Position numbers and translations under genes: made by a program. A stretch of DNA of 64,000 nt from an uncultured bacterium (GTDB lineage: Bacteria > Vulcanimicrobiota > CADAWZ01). Within the stretch, counting starts at the first letter, position 1; every line of letters begins with the position of its first letter. Positions 56,955-64,000 of this stretch are shown in pieces. The stretch spans positions 981 through 64,980 of the forward strand of contig CADASF010000008.1 in the NCBI GenBank assembly GCA_902790465.1. The letters are read 5' to 3'. The notes under the pieces were generated by a model that worked only from the letters and a program-made list of their open reading frames with translations, was not told the DNA's origin and did not search any database.

Positions 56955-57869
56955 TTACAATCTGATATCTAAATGCTTTTCCCAGTCAGTAGGAAAACTT
57001 ATTCGTTTCAAATCAATATAAGGAGAATATTTTTCAATCAATTTCTTTAAATTTTTAAAAAACAAATTCCAAGTTTCATCATTGGGGCGAAGATATTTCA
57101 TTGCTAAAATAACAAAATACACACCATAAAATTTTACATTTGGAATTTTATCAATATCAATAATTTCAGGTTTTGTTGAAAATAAACGATTATAAATACG
57201 AGAATTATGAGCAACAATATTTCTCAAAATACAACAAGAATGTATCCAACTTGAAAACATTGACATAGAAGGCTTACAGTCTTTATTATTTCTATTTTTA
57301 AATTTATAATTTTCTACAAGCAAGCTAAAAGCATTTCCTTTTCCTGTTTTCATATTTTTTATTAATTTTGACAAAATACCAAAAGAAAGAATTTCTACTA
57401 TAGCCCAAATCGGAATTTGTCCATCATGATTATCTAAATGATGTTTTATAAAAACATCATTTGATCGAACTATTTCAGAAGAAATTATAGATAAATTTTT
57501 CCAATAATTTTGTTTATCACTACATATACAAGGATTGTATAAAATCAATGGGTCATTATAAATCCTCAATAGAGAATCTAAAAATCTCACTCTTAAAGCC
57601 ACTTCAATCTTAGACAAGATTGAAAAAATTAACTCTGAAAATTCTCTATCAAAATAATAAATATTTAATATGTTAGAAAATTTTGTATTATCTTTATATT
57701 TTTTATTATTTTTATCATAAAACGGAAAAGAATATCCACGAAGGCGATAATAACTAATAATATTCAATAAATCTAAAACTTCATCATCGGAATCAATAAT
57801 CATTCCTGCATTTTTATATGCCTGTAATTGTTCTTGAATAGATAAAACTTTTTTGGGATAAATATTCAT
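56955..57869 (-). CDS. abiF: Abi_2 family abortive-infection protein (AbiD/AbiF-like, HEPN)
   Basis: YYRLRGYSFPF, FDREF..L...L..IEVALRVRF, IPIWAIVEILSFG, and the Rx4H HEPN motif RNIVAH. I prefer the ATG at 57869 (MNIYPKK) over the ORF-track TTG at 57887, which overlaps the SD. Confidence 0.75.
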   Translation of the reverse strand: MNIYPKKVLSIQEQLQAYKNAGMIIDSDDEVLDLLNIISYYRLRGYSFPFYDKNNKKYKDNTKFSNILNIYYFDREFSELIFSILSKIEVALRVRFLDSLLRIYNDPLILYNPCICSDKQNYWKNLSIISSEIVRSNDVFIKHHLDNHDGQIPIWAIVEILSFGILSKLIKNMKTGKGNAFSLLVENYKFKNRNNKDCKPSMSMFSSWIHSCCILRNIVAHNSRIYNRLFSTKPEIIDIDKIPNVKFYGVYFVILAMKYLRPNDETWNLFFKNLKKLIEKYSPYIDLKRISFPTDWEKHLDIRL

Positions 57870-57885
57870 AAAACAATTTTTCCTC

Positions 57886-57954
57886 AAAAATAAAACGTCC
57901 CATCGGTTTGAGCTGTATTAACTTTCGTTAACCTTAAGCTTGACGGGATCTGTT
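57886..57954 (-). ncRNA. Structured leader/small RNA upstream of abiF, proximal copy (candidate abiF-motif RNA antitoxin)
   Basis: On the minus strand the fold is CCCGUC/GAUGGG, then AGCU/AGCU, then GUUAAC-GAAA-GUUAAU. A U-rich tract follows. It is driven by its own consensus promoter. Confidence 0.55.
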
Positions 57955-57960
57955 ATCTAT

Positions 57961-57989
57961 TGTATAACATTTTTTAAAATTTTTGTCAA
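57961..57989 (-). promoter_or_regulatory. Sigma-70 promoter, proximal copy
   Basis: Minus strand: TTGACA, 17-nt spacer, TGtTATACA (extended -10). Confidence 0.65.
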
Positions 57990-58025
57990 TATAACTCTGA
58001 AAATTTATCATTATAATTTTTCCTC

Positions 58026-58094
58026 AAAATAAAAAAGGCCCATCGGTTTGAGCTGTGTTAACTTTCGTTAACCTTAAGCTTGACGGGATCTGTT
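58026..58094 (-). ncRNA. Structured small RNA, distal copy of the abiF-upstream unit
   Basis: Same fold as the proximal copy, with apical stem GUUAAC-GAAA-GUUAAC. It is followed by CCUUUUUUAUUUU. Confidence 0.55.
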
Positions 58095-58100
58095 AACTAT

Positions 58101-58129
58101 TATATACCATATATTCTATTTTTTGTCAA
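58101..58129 (-). promoter_or_regulatory. Sigma-70 promoter, distal copy
   Basis: Minus strand: TTGACA, 17-nt spacer, TGgTATATA (extended -10). Confidence 0.65.
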
Positions 58130-58135
58130 CTACAA

Positions 58136-58173
58136 CAAAAAAGCTCTTGCAGAGATACTCCGCAAGAGCTTTT
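58136..58173 (-). terminator. Terminator after the xanthine dehydrogenase-family gene
   Basis: AAAAAAGCTCTTGCAGAGATACTCCGCAAGAGCTTTT. Its core is related to the CTCTTGCGG hairpin family. Confidence 0.65.
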
Positions 58174-58187
58174 ACTCACTCTAATTT

Positions 58188-61016
58188 TTAATCAAAATCA
58201 TACAAATATGGCTTGTCTTTCTTTTCCTGCAATGCCTGATATACTCTATCTGCTGTGAACGGCCATTCTTGCATCCAAACTCCAACAGCTTTATAAATAG
58301 CTATACCAATAACAGCAGCAGCTCCATTTGTACTGATTTCAGAGACAGATTTTCCGCCATAAGGACCTAAATGCTCATCTACACCTATAAGCTCGCATTT
58401 AAAATCTTTTGGAAGATCTCTGAACATAGGCACTTTATAATCTGCAAAATTTGGATTATGGCATTTGCCAGTCTTTGGATCAAAAGTCATAACTTCCATT
58501 ATAGAATGTCCGATTGATTTTACAACTCCTCCATAAACTTGACCAAGTGCCAATTCAGGATTGATAGGTGTTCCACATTCTTGGATTCCATAATATTTAT
58601 CAACAGTTACTTCACCTGTTCTTGTGTCAACACTTACCTCTGCAAAATGAGCTCCATAAGGAATAGGAGCTTCTTCTGTTGTGAAATGTCCTCTTGAAAT
58701 AATTTGTCCAACACCATTTCCTGATTGTGTCCTATATGCTATCTGTGCATAAGTTAAAGAAGCCTCTTTGTTATCTTTCTTTCTAATGATTCCCGGATAT
58801 TCCATAACCAAATTATCTACATCTGTTTCTAAAAACTGTGCAGAAATTTCAAGAAGTTTTTTCTTCATATCCTCAGCAGCTTTATATGCTGCCATTCCGC
58901 TAAAATATGTACCAGATGAAGCATAAGCACCGACATCAAAAGGTGTAACATCAGTATCTGATGATAAAATTGAGAAGTTCTCTATATCAGTGCAGAGCAT
59001 TTCTGAAGCTACTTTTACAGCAAGAGTATCAAGACCTGTTCCCAAATCTGTTCCACCCATTAAAATCATAAAAGTGCCGTCATTCATCATTTTTATTTCA
59101 GCATTTGCAGAATCTATACCTGGTAGACCAGAACCTTGTTGAATTATTGCAACTCCCCTACCCTTTTTAATATAAGGATTCTCAGAAGGAACAATAGGCT
59201 TATCCCAACCGATTAATTCGGCTCCTCTATCAAGACATTCTTTTAATCCACAAGAACTAATCCTCTGAGCGATACCTTCTTGACCTTCACCAAGTGATTT
59301 TAATATCTCAAGGAAATCGCCCTTTTTGACCATATTTTGTCTCAAAAATTCAAGTTGATCAATTCCAAGTTTTTCTGCAAGTTCTGCCAAAGCCATTTGA
59401 ACGGCAAAACTTCCCTGTGGAGCTCCATATCCCTGATATGCTCCAGAAATTATGTTATTTGTATAATATGTACTCACATCATAGTGCATATTTTCACATT
59501 TCAAAAGTGGCAAACTTTTTGAACAGGCATTCATTGGAACTGTCAAACAGTGGTTACCATAAGGTCCAGTATCTGAAATTTCTCTCAAATCTATAGCAGT
59601 AAGTTTTCCGTCTTTGGTTGCTCCTGCTTTAATTCTAAAGAACATTGTATGACGAACTCTTGCATTTAAGAATTCTTCTTCTCTTGTCATCTCATAATAT
59701 GCAGGCATACCTGTCTGCCAAACAACCCATGCGACAATATCCTCTTGAACAAGGTCTTGCTTTGCTCCATAAGCTCCGCCAACTCTTTCTTTAATAACAT
59801 GGATTTTATTTTCTTTAACACTAAGAAGATTTGAAAGAATTCTTCTCAAATGCCAAGGAACCTGAGTTGAAGCTCTTAAAACAAGTCGTCCACCTTCCAT
59901 ATAACCAAAGCAACGATGTGTTTCCATTGGTGTACAGTGAACTCTTGTTGTTCCATAATCTCTTTCAACAATGACATCTGCTTCTTCAAATCCTTTTTTG
60001 ACATCACCTATTCCACCGTCATTGTGTGCAGCTCTGTTTGTCTTTGGGTCTTGACCAATAGGAAGAGGATCAACAGAAATATCTCTGTCTTGAATCAAAA
60101 CTTCGGATTTTTTAGATTCAAAAGGATCGAATATTGCAGGTAAAATCTCATATTCTACCTTAATTAAATTTACAGCTTTTTCTGCTATTTCTGCAGTTGT
60201 AGCAGCAACTATTGCAACTCTATCTCCCAAATAACGAAGTGTTCTGTCTAAAAGTCTAAAATCATAAGGAGAAGGCTCTGGAAAACCCTGACCAGCCGTA
60301 TTATATGGACGGTCTGGAACATCTTTATATGTTGCAATATATTCGACTCCTTCGAGTTCTTCCGCTTTTGATGTATCTATACTCTTAATAAAAGCATGTG
60401 CATAAGGACTTTTCTTTACTTTTATTATAAGTGCATCTGAAGTTACCATATCACCAACATAAGCAGGATCTGCTTTTACGAGCTTTGGACCATCAACTTT
60501 TTTGGCTGGTTTTCCTACAGCTCTAAGATCATCTCTAAAAGTCTTGTGATCATCAAATGATTCTTTTTTTAGAATATTCAATACATTTAAATATTGTTTA
60601 TATCCTGTACAACGGCACATATTACCTGAAAGATAATCTTTCATATCATCTTCTGTTGGGTCTTCTATGTTATCATACAATTCTTTTACAGCTAACATCA
60701 TACCAGGTGTGCAGTGTCCACATTGAACAACTCCTGCTTCAAGAAATGCTTTCTGAATTGGGTGCAATTCATTACCTTTCGCAAAACCTTCTGTTGTAAA
60801 AATCTCGTCATTATCATCTAATTGACCAAGTCTAACTTGGCAAGAGTTAACCTTAACACCATTTAAAATGACACTACAAGCACCACAATACCCAGTGCCA
60901 TCACAATCTGTTCTTATAGATAAAAGATGATTTTTTTGTAAGACCTTTGCAAGAGGAAGCATTGGGTCTCCAGTCAAAGTTTTCTTTTTTCCATTGAGTG
61001 TAACTTTTATTTTCAT
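58188..61016 (-). CDS. Xanthine dehydrogenase/aldehyde oxidase family enzyme, fused [2Fe-2S] and molybdopterin-binding subunits (942 aa)
   Basis: N-terminal Cys clusters CDGTGYCGACSV, CGHCTPGM and CRCTGY. These are followed by a long a/b-hammerhead plus MoCo-binding region. Confidence 0.8.
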   Translation of the reverse strand: MKIKVTLNGKKKTLTGDPMLPLAKVLQKNHLLSIRTDCDGTGYCGACSVILNGVKVNSCQVRLGQLDDNDEIFTTEGFAKGNELHPIQKAFLEAGVVQCGHCTPGMMLAVKELYDNIEDPTEDDMKDYLSGNMCRCTGYKQYLNVLNILKKESFDDHKTFRDDLRAVGKPAKKVDGPKLVKADPAYVGDMVTSDALIIKVKKSPYAHAFIKSIDTSKAEELEGVEYIATYKDVPDRPYNTAGQGFPEPSPYDFRLLDRTLRYLGDRVAIVAATTAEIAEKAVNLIKVEYEILPAIFDPFESKKSEVLIQDRDISVDPLPIGQDPKTNRAAHNDGGIGDVKKGFEEADVIVERDYGTTRVHCTPMETHRCFGYMEGGRLVLRASTQVPWHLRRILSNLLSVKENKIHVIKERVGGAYGAKQDLVQEDIVAWVVWQTGMPAYYEMTREEEFLNARVRHTMFFRIKAGATKDGKLTAIDLREISDTGPYGNHCLTVPMNACSKSLPLLKCENMHYDVSTYYTNNIISGAYQGYGAPQGSFAVQMALAELAEKLGIDQLEFLRQNMVKKGDFLEILKSLGEGQEGIAQRISSCGLKECLDRGAELIGWDKPIVPSENPYIKKGRGVAIIQQGSGLPGIDSANAEIKMMNDGTFMILMGGTDLGTGLDTLAVKVASEMLCTDIENFSILSSDTDVTPFDVGAYASSGTYFSGMAAYKAAEDMKKKLLEISAQFLETDVDNLVMEYPGIIRKKDNKEASLTYAQIAYRTQSGNGVGQIISRGHFTTEEAPIPYGAHFAEVSVDTRTGEVTVDKYYGIQECGTPINPELALGQVYGGVVKSIGHSIMEVMTFDPKTGKCHNPNFADYKVPMFRDLPKDFKCELIGVDEHLGPYGGKSVSEISTNGAAAVIGIAIYKAVGVWMQEWPFTADRVYQALQEKKDKPYLYDFD

Positions 61017-61855
61017 TCTACTGAATCCCCCTTTACTGCAGATGTCAAAATATCTTCAAGAAAAGCCGAAACAAGAGATTTTCTAAAATCGCCACTTCCA
61101 CGAAAATCATTTCTTGCAGGGGGCATTTCATTTAATTTTTCCGATATTATTTTGCGTAAATCAGTATCCGTGTAATCTTTGCCTTCAAGAAGTTTTTCCA
61201 ATTCATAAAGACGCATTGATTTATCATAAAGACCACCAACAGCAATTCTTATGTTTTTCATTGCAACGCCTTCAGGTCTAAAGAAAACAGCCACTTTAAT
61301 AATAGGCAGATCATTAGAACTTCTTGCATATCTCTTTGTTTTGAAAAAGAAGGGTTCATGATCTTCTTTTAAAACGAGTTGTTTTATAAGCATTGTCTTT
61401 GAAGGAGGATTCTCATAATATTCCTCTATAGGGTCTAAATGTTCTCCATCAGGGGCTTCATATAAAATCTCTGCATCGAGAACAAGAAAAAGAGGTATAA
61501 AATCACTTCTTGTATATCTTGAAGCAATAATTCCTCCGACTGTAGCCATATTTCTTATATTTTTAGAGACAATATGGCATGATTTTACGATCTCACTCAA
61601 TGGCAAATTGTCCGCCAAAATGGGATTTTTTGTCATCTCTGTCATTGTAACCATAGAATCTATATATATATAACCATTTTTTCTTTCAATATTCTTCAAA
61701 CCCAATTTTTTTAAACAAATCAAATTCTTTGAACCTGTATTTTTAGTCCAAGAATTAAGGGTTGTTCCACCACCAAGAAAAAATGTCTTCTTAGTTTCTT
61801 CTTTTATCTTAATAGCTTTTTGTATTGTATCAGGAATAAAAAATTCAGAACTCAT
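61013..61855 (-). CDS. Xanthine dehydrogenase family FAD-binding subunit
   Basis: FAD_binding_5-like FLGGGTTL and ATVGGIIAS. Its stop overlaps the downstream start by 4 nt. Confidence 0.7.
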   Translation of the reverse strand: MSSEFFIPDTIQKAIKIKEETKKTFFLGGGTTLNSWTKNTGSKNLICLKKLGLKNIERKNGYIYIDSMVTMTEMTKNPILADNLPLSEIVKSCHIVSKNIRNMATVGGIIASRYTRSDFIPLFLVLDAEILYEAPDGEHLDPIEEYYENPPSKTMLIKQLVLKEDHEPFFFKTKRYARSSNDLPIIKVAVFFRPEGVAMKNIRIAVGGLYDKSMRLYELEKLLEGKDYTDTDLRKIISEKLNEMPPARNDFRGSGDFRKSLVSAFLEDILTSAVKGDSVE

Positions 61856-62083
61856 TTATATCCTACCTATCCTCCTTCCCTATTTTACAAAAAAACACTA
61901 CTTTTTTAATTTTTGATAAGTCAAGGTTTTACCTTTTTTAATTTGAGATTTTTTTAATCTATTTCAATAACAAGTTTTATCCTTTGAATTTTTAGGTGAA
62001 GGTAAGGAAAGAGAAGGAAAATATTTGCAAGAATTGAAAAAAATGTACAACATACTTAAAATAATAGGGGTAATTACGACAAA

Positions 62084-64000
62084 ATGACTATACCAGAAGC
62101 TATAAAATTTATAGTCGATCAAAATGACAAGAAACTTCTGACAGATTCAAAAAGATTTAAATCATATTTATTAGACCTATGCTCAGACAATCAAAAAGAA
62201 CTGAAAATAATAAACAGAGCATTAGATGATAGAATTTTAGAAAGAATCTTTGGCAATGAAAGAGACAATGTAAAAATATCAAGGCTAAGAGATGAATTCG
62301 AAGTCCAAGGAATGTCTGAATCTTGGAGCGAGTTTATTATAGGTTCATTTGCAAGTGTTTTAAGTTGGAATTATAAACAAAAAGAAACAACAGAAAATAA
62401 TATTTCCAAATCAAATCAAAAATTTTCAAATACAGCTAATGATTTTCACAATTATTTAAAACTTGCTGAACAAGGCGATCCTGAAGCACAAAATAAAATT
62501 GGGGATATATACCGACTTGGTCAAGGTGTAAAAACAGATTATAAAGAAGCTGTTAAGTGGTATAAAAAATCAGCAGAACAAGGCAATGCCTATGGTCAAT
62601 GCTATTTAGGTTATATGTATGAAAATGCTTGTGGTGTAGAAAAAAACTATAAAGAAGCTATTAAGTGGTATAGAAAATCTTTCAATCAAGGCAATGGACA
62701 AGCACAATATTTTCTTGCTTGTTTTTACAAAGATGGAAAAGGTACCGAAAAAGATTATGAAAAAGCTGTAAAGTATTACAAAAAAGCAACTAAACAAGGG
62801 ATAATAGAAGCATATAAATGCCTTGGTGATATGTATAAAAATGGATATGAAGTTGAAAAAGACGAGGAAGAAGCAGATAAATATTACCAAAAAGCTATAA
62901 AATTATTGAAGAAATCTGCAGAAGAAGGTAACTTTGAATCACAATGTTTTCTTGGTGATATGTATTTAGAAGGTGAAGGTGTTGAGAAAAACTATAAAAA
63001 AGCTATAAAATATTTCATAGAATCTGCTAAACAAGGTTATGCACCAGCACAAAATAATCTTGGATATATGTATTATAATGGATATGGAGTTGAAAAAGAT
63101 TATACATTAGCTCTTAACTGGTACAAAAAAGCTGCTAAACAAGGTTCTTCAGAAGCACAAAATAACTTAGCTGTAATATTCTATCAAGGTGATTTTGGGA
63201 TTGAGCAGGACTATGAAGAAGCATTTAAATGGTTCAAAAAATCTGCCAAGCAGGGAAATGCAAATGCTCAAAAATTACTTGCTCAATTTTATAAACATGG
63301 ATTAGGTATTGAGCAAAATCTTGAAGAAGCATTTAAATGGTTCAAAAAAGCAGCAGAAAATGAAGATTCTGACGAAAATGCCCAAGCACTTCTCGGTAAT
63401 TGCTATGAATATGGTACAGGAACACTAAAAAATTATAAAGAAGCCATAAAGTGGTACACAAAAGCGGCTAATAATGGAGATGGAGAAGCACAAGCTTTTA
63501 TGGGCTTATATCATTCAGGTATTTCAAATTATTTAGGTGGCGGTTCAGTAGATTATGAAAAAGCATTAAAATTTGCAAAACAATCTGCTGAACAAAAAAA
63601 TAATATTGGAGAATATTTACTTGGATATTTTTATGAATATGGCATATGTGTTCCTATTGATTATGATAAGGCTAAAGAGTATCTAAAAATGTCTGCTGAT
63701 CAAGGTAATAAACATGCTATAGAAGAATTAAAATATTTAAAAGAAAAAACAACAGATTATATAGAGAAAGAATCAAAACAAAAAATAGAAAATTCCAATT
63801 CTTTTAAAACTGCTTTCGTCGGAGATTATATAGAATTTGGCAATTATCCACAGACTATGGATGGTGAAGTTCAGCCTATAGAATGGAAAGTATTGGCAAA
63901 AAAAGGTAATAAAATCCTTGTTATTTCAAAATATGGTCTTGATGCAAAGCGTTTTGATGATAATTCAAATGATTGGGCAAGTAGTGAAATTCGCTATTGG
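62084..64000 (+). CDS. Sel1-like repeat (SLR) protein, C-terminus outside window; absent from the supplied ORF track
   Basis: My own translation from the ATG at 62084 gives 639 codons to the window end. An in-frame TAA lies at 62057. There are at least 10 repeats of the type AEQG(D/N)..AQ..LG..Y..G.GV.K(D/N)Y.(E/K)A.KWY.K(S/A)A. The last ~55 aa (GNYPQT..PIEWKVL..ILVISKYGLD..NDWASSEIRYW) resemble a module common in gut-bacterial surface proteins. Confidence 0.8.
   Translation, partial: MTIPEAIKFIVDQNDKKLLTDSKRFKSYLLDLCSDNQKELKIINRALDDRILERIFGNERDNVKISRLRDEFEVQGMSESWSEFIIGSFASVLSWNYKQKETTENNISKSNQKFSNTANDFHNYLKLAEQGDPEAQNKIGDIYRLGQGVKTDYKEAVKWYKKSAEQGNAYGQCYLGYMYENACGVEKNYKEAIKWYRKSFNQGNGQAQYFLACFYKDGKGTEKDYEKAVKYYKKATKQGIIEAYKCLGDMYKNGYEVEKDEEEADKYYQKAIKLLKKSAEEGNFESQCFLGDMYLEGEGVEKNYKKAIKYFIESAKQGYAPAQNNLGYMYYNGYGVEKDYTLALNWYKKAAKQGSSEAQNNLAVIFYQGDFGIEQDYEEAFKWFKKSAKQGNANAQKLLAQFYKHGLGIEQNLEEAFKWFKKAAENEDSDENAQALLGNCYEYGTGTLKNYKEAIKWYTKAANNGDGEAQAFMGLYHSGISNYLGGGSVDYEKALKFAKQSAEQKNNIGEYLLGYFYEYGICVPIDYDKAKEYLKMSADQGNKHAIEELKYLKEKTTDYIEKESKQKIENSNSFKTAFVGDYIEFGNYPQTMDGEVQPIEWKVLAKKGNKILVISKYGLDAKRFDDNSNDWASSEIRYW

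Noticed and set aside
57870-57887. TTG start at 57887 for abiF given by the ORF track. Similar upstream starts are 13771 for fliQ and 18223 for the small ORF after flhA.
   Set aside because: These starts overlap or precede the only plausible Shine-Dalgarno sequences. The downstream ATGs (57869, 13798, 18241) have proper SD spacing and give canonical protein lengths.
57934-58011. 25-codon ORF (MINFQSYIDKNFKKCYTIDNRSRQA) starting at the ATG of the distal repeat copy.
   Set aside because: It is the duplicated abiF start codon reading into the proximal promoter and RNA. It is most likely a duplication remnant. I did not call it as a gene.
57867-58135. Possible CRISPR array or ToxI-like multi-repeat array upstream of abiF.
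   Set aside because: There are only two 140-bp units, each containing its own promoter, and no short repeat/spacer periodicity. I interpret this as a tandem duplication of a promoter-RNA unit, not a CRISPR array or a classical 36-nt type III repeat array.
1-64000. tRNA, rRNA, tmRNA, riboswitches (purine upstream of xdh, cobalamin near cobO, T-box/other upstream of thrC), prophage, integrase or IS transposase.
   Set aside because: No cloverleaf-like or conserved riboswitch cores were recognised in the intergenic regions. No integrase or transposase ORFs are present other than the Rpn/YhgA-like nuclease. This inspection was by eye only.
1-64000. Alternative genetic code (e.g. UGA recoding) suggested by the very low GC content.
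   Set aside because: Well-conserved genes (fliP, dnaK, uvrA, ackA) terminate at TGA/TAA/TAG where expected and contain no in-frame stops. The standard bacterial code fits.

Overview
The window is AT-rich bacterial chromosomal DNA read with the standard genetic code. By eye I found no rRNA, tRNA, CRISPR array, integrase or classical transposase. The taxon is unclear: it looks like a flagellated, probably anaerobic or host-associated bacterium, because BspA-type LRR and Sel1 proteins are present. The housekeeping backbone covers about 6.4-46.4 kb. It includes a POT peptide transporter, cobO, a flagellar rod protein, and the export-gate operon fliM-fliN-fliO-like-fliP-fliQ-fliR-flhB-flhA. It also includes a PilT-like ATPase, carbamate kinase, threonine synthase, a Wzm/Wzt-type ABC exporter, acetate kinase and uvrA. 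A heat-shock operon, hrcA-(archaeal-type chaperonin)-grpE-dnaK-dnaJ, is preceded by a degenerate Ser/Thr kinase and an MBL-fold protein. A fused xanthine-dehydrogenase-family enzyme lies at 58.2-61.9 kb. Accessory block 1 (1-6.3 kb) holds a partial type I R-M hsdS, an acidic orphan protein, three tandem paralogs of unknown function, and a leaderless HEXXH metalloprotease. Accessory block 2 (46.4-58.2 kb) holds a duplicated small-membrane-protein cassette carrying a shared palindromic operator. One cassette copy contains a Panacea (DUF4065) antitoxin paired with a MazF/PemK-like toxin. Block 2 also has a lipoprotein, a 1052-aa BspA-type LRR protein, an Rpn/YhgA-like nuclease and an orphan AbrB-type antitoxin. 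Its most notable locus is an AbiF/Abi_2 (HEPN) gene preceded by two tandem copies of a strong promoter plus a ~70-nt structured RNA. I read that as a candidate RNA-antitoxin abortive-infection system. The intergenic DNA carries several families of small palindromic (MITE/REP-like) repeats, some of them nested. A Sel1-repeat ORF (62084 to the window end) is missing from the supplied ORF track because it has no stop codon in the window. All protein calls rest on motifs I recognised by eye; no database search was possible.
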